This document shows, in pieces, positions 25,601 to 35,800 of a stretch of DNA of 64,000 nucleotides. Source of the stretch: Takakia lepidozioides (taxonomy: Eukaryota > Plantae > Bryophyta); NCBI GenBank assembly GCA_030704615.1, contig CM060734.1, forward strand, positions 4,836,001 to 4,900,000, in the 5' to 3' direction. Position numbers and translations under genes: made by a program. Below the pieces are notes generated by a model. That model saw only the letters and a program-made list of their open reading frames with translations, did not search any database and had not been told where the DNA came from. Numbering within the stretch: the stretch's first letter is position 1; each line of letters opens with the position of its first letter.

Positions 25601-27161
25601 CTTTGGCGGTGTTCGACGTGGATATCCAGTACAAACCGGGACGAGACAACGTGGTGGCCGATGCTTTAAGTAGAAAGCAGCAGCTCTTGTTGGTGTACAA
25701 GGGCGAGACGGCGCTCCAAAGGAAGATCCGAAAGGCTTGCCGGAAGGATGAGCTGGCGAAGTCCGTGATGCAGGACTTGAGGATGGGGGTTAAATCGCAG
25801 TTCCACTTGCAAATGGACTGCTCCGGTATAAGCAAAAACGTCTCTACGTGCCGAAGGGAGGGATCAGAGATAGTCTCTTGAGAGAATGCCATGATAGCCC
25901 GCTTGCGGGCCACGGCGGAGCCAAGCGCACTGCGGCACTCTTGAAGAAAGAGTATTTCTGGCCCAAACTCAGGGAGGAGGCAGAGGAGTATGTCAAGACA
26001 TGCACCACATGCCAACAAAACCGGAGCGAGTACAAAAAGCAAGCGGGGCTGTTACAGCCCTTGCCGATTCCAGAGGGGACTTGGGAAAGCGTCTCGATGG
26101 ATTTCATGACTGCTATGCCGCTGTCAAAAGGATTCGATGCAATCATGGTGGTGGTGGATAGGTTCAGTAAAATGGGCCATTTCATTCCCACCAAGGAGAC
26201 GGCAACGGCGCAGGAAACAGGGCGACTTTACTTCGCCCACGTCTTAAAGCATCATGGAGTCCCGAAGGATATTGTCTCGGACCGCGATCCAAAGTTTACG
26301 AGTAAATTTTGGAGGGCACTTTGGAAGAAGATGGGGACGAGGCTGAAGATGAGCACCGCCTTCCGACCTACGACCGACGGCCAAACAGAAAGGGTGAATT
26401 CCGTAGTGAAGCAGATCTTGCGGAATTACGTGTCGGCAGACCAAACAGACTGGGTGGAACACTTAGACTCGGCAGAGTTCTGTTATAATAACACAGAACA
26501 CTCCGCAACGGGAGTTTCCCCTTTCGTATTGGTCTATGGAAAAGCACCTCTAGTGCCGACAAGTTGGGCCGCCCAGGACGTTGAGGAATCGGCAGTAGCG
26601 GCGGTACTGGAAGAACGCGAGCGTTTGTTGAAGCTCGCAAAGTACAATATTGAAGCTAGGAAACGGTATGAAAGGTAGGCGAATCGGAAGCGGAGGGAAG
26701 TGAAGTTTGAGGCAGGCACAGAGGTCTGGTTGAACATCAAGAATTTCCGACTACCTCCGGAAGTGAGTCCAAAGTTCGTACCTCCGTATGCGGGACCCTT
26801 TCGCATTCGGAAGGTTATGAATGAGGATGTGTAGGAATTGGAGCTGCCGGCAAACAGTAAGGTGCACCCAGTATTCCCTGTATCCCTTTTGAAGCCTTAC
26901 TTCAAAGATGAAGCGCGTCCGAATCGGCATCAAGTGTTGCGTCCACCACCTATGCTGTTGGATCATGAAAATGAACCTGAGTACGAGGTGGAGGCAATAC
27001 TTAAGTCGAGGAGGTTCAGGAACCGAGAAACGGAGTATCTCGTCAAATGGAAGGGCTATCATCATGTGGAGGCATCTTGGGTGCGTGCCTCAGAAATGGG
27101 AAACGCATCCGAGACGGTTGCAGCTTTCGAAGGGCGACCTCAAAAGCGGAAGAAGCGTTGA
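22608..27161 (+). pseudogene. Gag-Pol-chromodomain polyprotein of C2, with frameshifts and stops
   Basis: ORFs 22554..23618 (retrotransposon gag), 23625..24098 (PR), 24077..24808 and 24802..25881 (RT/RH), 25848..26678 (INT), 26838..27161 (chromodomain). Confidence 0.92.
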
Positions 27162-28066
27162 TGGGGACATCAACCTTGGAGCGTGGGGGAGGAAATGCAT
27201 GCTTAGCCCGGCTTAGCTAGCTCAGGAATCCAATTACAAAAACTTGTATTGTACAAAATTTGCTTTAAATGAAATGTTTCAAAATGTTGTGTTTCCTATT
27301 TTTGTTTGGAATGGCGATGCATGGTATGGTTGGCTAGTGTGTAGAAGGCATGCTAGCTTACAAAAGCGGGAGAGGTAAATTGGGTTAATCGTGTGTTTGC
27401 GCAGTGCCGAAATCGGGTGACTCCCATCCAAGGGGCAAGGAAACTTGCGCCTTCTTTGGGAGTTCACGTGCTAGTGCGCACCTGGCGCGTGCGCGTACTA
27501 TAACTGCGCTACCAAGGGGGTTGCCTTGTAGTGCAGGCTAACGCGGAAGCTACGTGCTTCCGTTCACGTACAATAATCGTGTAGCCTCGGGACGAAGTCG
27601 TAGTGCGGCTTCGGCGTGTTCCCGTACCTCAGGCCAGCATTCCAAGGCGGACCCAATTGTAGAGATTGGGGCGCACGGTTGGTTCAAGGTTATCTTCCTA
27701 GTCAAAGAGGGTTCCAGGTGAACCCTTGCTCAAGGTGATGCCAAAAGCGGCATCATGAGCGATCGCAAGCAATGTTGTTGCAGTAAGGCGATTCGATCCT
27801 CGGGGAGGATCGTTCCTTGGCCTTGAAGTAGGCCAAGAAGAGTGCACTGGGAGGAGCTGGAGAGGCTCCACCCTTGGCCGGGACTTGGAGGAAGTCGGCC
27901 GAACTAGCTAGTGGAGAGTAGAGTCAAGTGTGGGGTTTGGTTCTTTGCCATGGGACGCCATGGTACGGAAACAAACTCCTTGATGTGGGACGCCACAACT
28001 TGGATGTTTGTTTCTACAAAATGAACAAGTCGATGAGGACATCGACTCCCTGTTGGTAGGGGTGTG

Positions 28067-28796
28067 TGTCGCGGCCCTTTGCCTTGAGGGCAAGGGGGTT
28101 GGGACACATGAGGGGTTGCCCCTGTGGTGGGGGCAGCGGCAGCGATAGGTATGGGGGGCTGAAGCACCCTTGAGTGCCCAAGGCACCCAAGGAGGCGGAG
28201 ACGCTCACTAGGTGGAGCCCCGCACACCGGGTGGCGGTGGGGGTGGCTCCACAAGGGGTGGTGGTAGCTTAGCGGGACTTAGTGGGGGTGGCATAGGACT
28301 CACCATGGGGGCGGAGACCTCGTGGTGGGAGTCGTGGGGAGTCTTGGGACTCATCACGGTCCATATGGGCCGTAGTGAGTGGGCCAAGACTCACCGCGAC
28401 TCATCACCGGGAGTCGAGGGTTTTCGTGGTGGTTCGCCATAAAATGGCATGGCTGGTTGTGAAACCCCCGCGGACAACTACAGAAGTATATATAAGGGGA
28501 GTAGTGACCCCGAGAACGGTGCAAGCCCGTTGGTGACCAAAAACTAGTGAGTAAGCGAGCGAGCCGGAAAGCGACCAAAGAGTGGGGAGCTGTTCCGGAC
28601 TGCCATCTACCAAAGGGAATTCTCCTAGTCCCAAATAGGTGGAGGGTTTAGTGGGAAGCGAGAGGGGAACCGTTATGTCCCGGTGAGCAGCCGAAGCTCC
28701 AAGTTGGCTCGGGCGGCCAGGTTGGGAGTTAGGCGCGCACATCAAAGCGAGTAACTATGACTTGAAGGGGAGCTTATCGAAGTGAGGTGCGCAACA
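28067..28796 (+). repeat. 3' LTR of C2
   Basis: Direct repeat of 21827-22552, followed by TSD TATCC. Confidence 0.95.
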
Positions 28797-28801
28797 TATC
28801 C

Positions 28802-31800
28802 CCTGATAGTTTTTCCTTAACTCCTCGAAGAACTCCACAACTGGGTTAAAGGCAGGCACGGGTGTTGGTGCTGCAGCAAGAGCTTGGGTGGACTTCCCAG
28901 CTCCTATTCCACTTGATATCCCACTGCTGCTTGCAGAAGCTACCGGTGTAGCTGCCGATGTCACCACTGCCCTTGTGCCTCTAGTGATAGAGACATAGTC
29001 AGGTGACCAATACACCCGCCATTCCTCAATCTCCACCTCATGTCCCCGCCTAAACTCATGGTAGTCATTCATGGGCGGCCCCTCAAGGTGTTGAAACAGC
29101 CCCTTCCACGCCATAAAAGGCGTAAACAGTTGTGGATTGCGCATCTGCTGCAAATCACACCAACTATCAAACTCATGTATGAAATCATCAAGCTCGATGG
29201 TGCCCACAGCTCCAGAGTACCGACGTGGCCCCTTGGTAGCTCCATACATTTCCTCCATCGTATCCCACAACAATGGTATGGAAATGGCTTGCACCCTCGG
29301 CGAGAATCCTCCTAACTCTGAGTCTGAACCTTCCTCAAAAGACACTGAAAGTGAAGGTGGTCTAAACCGCACACCTCGTCTTGTAATCCCACTAGTATCG
29401 CTGGTGCTCGTACCGGCACTCTCCTCAGTAACTGTTGGCACCTCCGTGATGAAAACTCACAACCACACCTGTTGTAAACCTGTCTCTAATCCCCCTTTCC
29501 ACAAGGTAACCGGGTAGAGAACTTGTTGCGGCTTATGGCTTAGACTACTAGGTTCGTAACGTAAACTTGCACTTGCATCCACCGCAAGCACTCCTATGGT
29601 CTGCTGGTCATCAACCCAGCCTCACCATAAGAGAAACAATGATGGTCTGACTGGTCATCACCCCAGCCTCACCACCGACAGCACGCTCTAGGATTGACCA
29701 GTGATCAAATCCGGACCAACCTCCTATGAAAACAAGCGCCCACACAAAACTAACATGGCGCACAGTCAAGCATGCAGGTGTGGAGGGGATCCAAACACAA
29801 GAAAATCAAGACAGCAACTCCCCCACACCAAAAACACTCCACAGTGTCGCTCCTGCAATGACACCCCAGCCCAAACCCGGACTGACTCTTGCCTCCACCT
29901 ACGAAAAGCTTTTGGCCTACAGAGAGGGTGAAAGACTACAAGGAAGAGAGACTAAAGCAATTTCTAATCCCAGCATGCCCTCATCCCACTATCCTATCTC
30001 CACACTCTCTTGCTTGAACAATAGACAATACTACCTTTCAAGGGTCTCTCAAATAACTCTCCAGGAGCCCTCAAGAATATGTCTCTCAAACAATCTCACT
30101 AAGGCTCCCAATCCTTGCACAATGGGACTCCAAAACAGTACACCAAGGCCCCAAGAGCCTGCCAAAACTTAGCCCTCGAGGACCCCAAATAGTCCCTCAC
30201 ACAAGTCGCCAAAGACTCCTCAAGCTCGCCAAATATTGGCTTCCAAGGACCCCAAATAGTCCTCCAAATAACTCCAAATGGTCCTCCCAATGGTCCTCCA
30301 AGGACCCCAAACAGTCCTCCAATGACTCCCAATGGTCTTCCAAATAGTCCTCCAAGGACTCCCAATGGTCCTCCAAACAGTCCTCCAAGGACTCCCAATG
30401 GTCCTCCGAATGGTCCTCCAAGGACCCCAAACAATCCTCCAAGGACTCTTCCTATGTCACCATGTTCCCAATGTGTTCCCAAGTTCCCAATGGGTTCCTA
30501 ATTAAGTTCCCTAAGAATATACCATAGTATTCCCCCAGTATTTCCCTAGGCCTATACGTATTCTCCTTGTATTCCTCTTGTATTCTCCTTAGGAATAGCC
30601 ATTTCCCCCTCATAGAGTAGTTCACTTCCCCCCAGGGTTTAGCCATTCCCTCCTAGGCTTTAGCCACTTCCCCCTCTATTTCCTTGAGGTTTAGCCTTAC
30701 CAAGCTAGGGTTTGTGCTCCTTGGGGCTCTATGCTTAATCCCCTCAAGCATCCATGAATTCTCTGGGGTACCATGGCAAATTCCCTTGATCTTCTTCACC
30801 TTAAGCTACTCAAGCTTGTCTCAACTAGCAATGCATTGGCCACACAACAAGCTCAATTTCTCATTGGAACTCAAAATCAAGCTTGTACCTCCTTTGGCAA
30901 GCCACCAAGCCTTGTCTCCTCTCAAGCCTTGGTCATTCAAGCTCCATTCACTTGCTAGCTCAAGAGCCATTCCTCTCAAGCTTGAAACTGCAAAGCTCAA
31001 GCCAAAAGCATGCTCCACACATGCATCACCTCATACACAAGGGAATCAACTTGCTCCTTTTACCTTCTAGCTCTCCTCAAGCTTGAAATTGGAAGCCACA
31101 CTTGGGAAGCATGCTCCACATAAGCATCACTTGCTTGATCAACCATCCACCACAAAACTTAAGCCAAAAGGGAATGAATACATGAGCTTCACCTTTCCTT
31201 TCTTTGTCTTGTCACATGCTAATGTATGGTTGAAGTTGCTATGCATGCCTTGAGCCACAATCTCTTTTCTTCATGAAGACCACCTCCAATGATCTCCCAC
31301 ATGTGCTCCAAGCTCTTCAATGCTCTAGGCTTGGTTTCACATCATCATGGATAGAATTTTCACCCATTATAACCTTTGCAAGCCTTGTAATACAAGAGCT
31401 AAATTCTCCTTGCTCTCAATTCCTTGGTGTATGCAACTTCACCAAACACCTTTCCTTGCAAGCCTTGTGATCTACAAGAGCTCCATCTTTGAGCTCTCTA
31501 CCTCCTTAGGGCAAAGCAATATCTCTCAAAGCCCTAATACCACAAGGATTTTCCTTTGCAATATATGCAACACTTTGCAACACAAGAGCTATCTTCCCAA
31601 GCTCTTCAACACACAAGTGCTAAACTAACCCTTACACTCCACACTCACAAGCATAAGGTCATCTTCTTGTAGTGATAATGAAAGTGAACACAATGGAAAC
31701 ACTCCACTCATGAATCCACTCAATCATATAAACTAAGTCAAGCCAAGGGCACCTTTGCTAAAGGAATCCACCCTACAAAGCCCTCACCACACTCCTTCTC

Positions 31801-32039
31801 AATACCTAGAGCTATGGAGGTGGGAGAGGCTCATGGAGGCTCAACTACAAGAAGATGAGCCCTTCTCAACACTCATAAGGGGAAAACCCATCCCTATGTC
31901 CCAAGTGAGGTTTGACACCTCACTTTGGCATGTGAGACCAAATGAAGTCCCAACACACAAAATACAAATATAAATATCCAAAATGTCCTAGTTAACTAGA
32001 AGTAGGTAATTCCAGTTAACCAAGACTAAAACCATGACA
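28802..32039 (-). mobile_element. Family A copy A6, 5' part: terminal repeat A (31673-32039), self-complementary PBS, long leader, gag N-terminus
   Basis: ORF 28755..29441 (GAVGTIELDDFIHEFDSWCDLQQMRNP) is homologous to A5 gag. Starts TGTCA at 32039; repeat ends TATCA at 31673. Leader block 29465-29890 is conserved with A5. Confidence 0.85.
30175..30450. repeat. Degenerate ~12-bp-period tandem repeat in the A6 leader
   Basis: Reiterated GGTCCTCCAAAT / AGTCCTCCAAGG / ACTCCCAAT units. Confidence 0.85.
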
Positions 32040-32289
32040 GGTGAGCCTATGCTCACGTGAGCGGTGCTGCCCTAGGATTTTACAAAAATGTATTGTATGC
32101 AATTCCGCGGATGGCACCCATAACCGCGGGCAGGATGTCCTTGTAGGCATGCCAGTGACAAGGTTATATGAAGAGCACAATTACCAAGAATCCAACCGAT
32201 TGCTGCGATATTGACATGGGCACAATGAAGATTAGTAATTAAGGGGAAGGTAGCATAGTGGATGGGTAATTAGGGTTTTTTAAGGGTTT

Positions 32290-32900
32290 TTTTTTCCCCG
32301 CAGATGCCACTGATTTTTTCTTGTTTTTTCGGGTTTTTCGGGTTTTAAGGCTTTTCTTAGGGGGTTCTTAGGGGGTTTATTTTCCCCGCAGATGTCACTG
32401 AAAGTGGTGTGCGGTGCCGCACACCACTTTCAGATGATTTTTTTTTGGGGGTTTTAAGGGTTTTAAGGGTTTTCTTAGGGTTTTTTTTAGTGGCGGTGCC
32501 ACTGAAAGAGGTGTGTGGTGCCGCACACCTTTTTTCAGGATTTCTTTTTTCTTTTTTTTGGGGTTTTTTTTGGGTTTTTAGGGTTATTTTTAGGGTTTTG
32601 TTTCAGTGTGCGGTGCCACTGAAAGAGGTGTGCGGTACCGCATACCCCTTTTCATGGTTTTTTTTTGTTTTTTGGGGTTTCTTTAGGTTTTTATAGAGTT
32701 TTTTTATAGGGTTTTTTTTTCCCTCATATGCCACTGAAAGTGGTGTGCGGCACCGCACATCACTTTTAGGGGTTTTCTTTAGGGTTTTTTTGAGGGGTTT
32801 TTGGCCTGCAGATGCCACTGAAAGTGGTGTGCGGTGCCACACACCTCTGCACCGCACACCACTTTCAGGGGATATTTTTTTTTTTTTTTTTTTTTGGCAA
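32290..32900. repeat. Array of ~100-bp units, each with a GC-rich palindrome and a T-rich spacer
   Basis: About 6 copies of GCCACTGAAAGTGGTGTGCGGTGCCGCACACCACTTTCAG variants, separated by TTTAGGGTTTTT-like tracts. Confidence 0.8.
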
Positions 32901-34094
32901 TTGCCGCTGAAAATGGTGTCGTCTTGTTTGCAATATGCAGCATAGGTTAGCAATTGACAGTCCTACCTATTCATTGAAGCCATGTGCTTTACTTTCATAA
33001 TGGGGTCTAATTTCATCATACTTTACATGTCTATTCCCACGGTTATAGGTCCAGCGGGAAAAGTTACTCTTTCTTCGACCGCCTGTCCTGTGACATTTGC
33101 TGACATGGCCTTCGCTCGTATTGACGTGGCATCCGCTCGTGCTGACGTGGCCTGAGCGTGGGTGTATGCGACGTCTGCCCCGCGTGAGCGTGCGCTCATC
33201 GCTCACACCTCACCACTTACGCCGTAACGTCGCTCGAATGCCACATAGGTGTGAACAATTTGATAACCGCTGTCATCCTCCCATTGGACGAAAACTAATG
33301 TAATAACCTATTATTAATGATAGGTCGTAATAATAATAATAATTATTATTATATTAATATATTTTCTATAATAAATGAAACAACACTCCCAAGAGCCAAT
33401 GGCTATTTTATTAAATATTTAATATCATTAATAATACTATTATTATTATTATATACCTATAATTAATTTTTAGATATAACAAACAAATAACAATAATATC
33501 ATATTCAGTCACATTTATATATACAAAATAGGAAACATGCGCTTGATGTAGGAATATAAAATTTTGCTTCAACAAGTTTATTTTGTCATGATATATGACA
33601 GTTGAGATAACCTAATTTGAAGGAAAATGGTTCGGACATGTTGAAGTCAGAATTGAAGTGACAACTGTATAGTTGCTTCTAGTGAATTGCTCAAAAAATA
33701 ATTTCAAGAAGCTTGGATCCTAGCTGGCGCATACAACATAGCCATACAGTCAAATGTACTCATTTTGCATCATCGATGCTCCAGCATTTGGTATGGCATA
33801 CATGTCCACGAGGGTATTCAATTAAAGACATATTAATTATTTAGTGGTTATTTTAATTTTGATTTTAATTATTTATATCCGGGTGGATAACCGGCTGGTA
33901 TTAGATTGGAATACCGATCCTATTGATACCCGTCCGCAAATCAAAAATCATACTATTATTGAGAACCGGCGGATATTAAAATTAAGTGAATATTTCAATA
34001 CTATGGAACGGGCTGGTATTGAAAAAATAAAAATAAAAATCAATACCCGCAGCTGGCTGGTATTAGAAAAAGTAATACCTACCCAACACTGGTC

Positions 34095-35800
34095 TGTACC
34101 CTTTATCCCCCCTGTCATTGCTAAGCTCAAGGCAAATCAACTACTGGAGCTCGGCCAGGCTTTCTGTTACGGGAAGAGCTCTCATGAATAGCCAACCAGG
34201 TCCTGTTGACCTCCACCTGGTTTATTGCCTCGGTCTGGGATCCAGGTGCTGATCTTCTCTGCAAACAAAACAGACAGCTTGTAAGGAACTTTATTTGGGG
34301 AGCCCCCTCGGTGGGTCTAAATCATAGGGCCTTTGTATCCTGGGACCAGATCTGTATGAGCAAAAACCATGGTGGTCTGGGCATTCTCGATTTCAAATCA
34401 CAAGTCAATGCTCTAGTTCTTGCCAAATGGCTTCCATGTGCTCTTCTGAACCCGATTGGTTTCTCCGAGACTGCATGTCTTGTGCCTTCCTCCTCCCCTC
34501 TATGGACCCCCTCACTTCGTTGGTTGATGCAAGGTGGTAGGTCTAGTTCCAAACCTCGATGTGGCTCGCCACCTTGGGCTGCAATATGGAAAGCCTGGTA
34601 TAATATTTTCTCACTCAGACCTCTCCTTCAAACAAAGATGGTCGAGACAACCCCTCTTTGGAAACTTTAATGCTGACAGTGAGTCTTTGGTTACGTGCTC
34701 TGCCCACTAGGCACATTGGGAAAGCGCTGGGATCTCCACATTTGCTAATCCCTGGTCTCAGAATACGCATGATCTCCTCCCCATACAACACTTCACTTCG
34801 ATGGTGGGCAATAGAAGAGCTTGTTTATCTGGCCCAAGTATCCTGGCTGAGATGCCACCTGACTACTCAGCCTTGATGAGGGAGGAAGCGCTTCCTGGCA
34901 AGGATATAAGCTACCCACTATATGTCAAGTCATGTTTATTTTCTCGAAATCCCAAGGCTCTTGCAGAGGTATTGGTTTTGTCATGGTTCATGATAGACTT
35001 TTCTTTTTGCCAACCTCCCCCTCTGGCTGGATGGTGGAATTGGCTTTCTAAGGTCGACCTTCTTTGGTTCGGGGGCAAACCTTTGGCTGATCTTCCTTTT
35101 GACCCGGGTGAATGGAAATGGATCCCTAAGAAGAAAGACCCGTTCCTTGCTTACTTTGCCAAGCTCGGATACTCTCTGCTGCATCCTTCTCGGCCTTTGA
35201 CCCGTAAATGGGACAAAAAGTGGAGGGGTATCTTAGCTCCTGGCACAGATTGGTAAGCAGTCTGGAAGGATATATGGTTAAAACATCGTTCAACAAAAGC
35301 TTCAGGCTTTCTCTGGAGATTGGCCCACATGATCATTCCTTTTGGGGCATACATCTCTGACCCCCCTCTTTTCTGCAATATGTGTTCTGCTCAGGAGATT
35401 GACCCTAGAACACAACCTCTTTCACTGCTGCTTTGCTGCGACTGTTTGATCCAGAATTCGTGCCTTCTATGCTCCTTGGAAAGTTGTTCACTCCAATTTG
35501 GTTTCCATTCACTTGTTGAATTTGCAGGGAAGGAACATCTGGCACAAATGTCATGTCTGGTCCTCCATTCGTACTCTAACTCTCTAGCACATTTGAAAAT
35601 CCCGGTGTGCTAAGTGGTATGGTGGTGAATACCCATGTTTGAAAGCGGTGCTTAGGAAGATATTTTTTGATCTTTGGGTTGAGGGGAAAAAAGCTTGGGG
35701 GGGGGGGGTTGGTTGTAGCTCTTTGCAGATGAAGTTCTCAAGAGAAACTGTCCAAGTTACTTCAAGAATTTGATTCTTCGTGGGGTTGGCGAGACATCAT
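34095..35800 (+). pseudogene. Degenerate LINE (L1/Tx1-like) ORF2 C-terminal region including zinc-binding domain
   Basis: RNFIWG..VSWDQICMSKNHGGLGI, WAAIWKAW, WKDIW..KASGFLWRLAH..FCNMC. Many stops and frameshifts. Confidence 0.75.

Larger units (their letters stand above)
21827..28796 (+). mobile_element. Full-length chromovirus (Ty3/Gypsy) copy C2, inserted in A6 gag
   Basis: LTRs 21827-22552 and 28067-28796 (TG...CA), 5-bp TSD TATCC (21822-21826 and 28797-28801), PBS TGGTATCAGAGC, gag-PR-RT-RH-INT-chromodomain. Confidence 0.96.

Noticed and set aside
27196-28066. Chromovirus 3' LTR starting at 27196 after GGGGGAGGAAA
   Set aside because: The 5' LTR and TSD fix the LTR start at 28067.
30099-30482. 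Gly/Leu-rich 127-aa ORF
   Set aside because: By-product of the tandem repeat.
11371-32043. A3 and A6 as two halves of one element (flanks CACT versus CACC)
   Set aside because: Imperfect 4-bp match, and the inversion model puts them in opposite original orientations. Cannot be resolved within this window.
32290-32900. CRISPR-like array
   Set aside because: Eukaryotic context, degenerate repeats, low-complexity related spacers, no cas genes.
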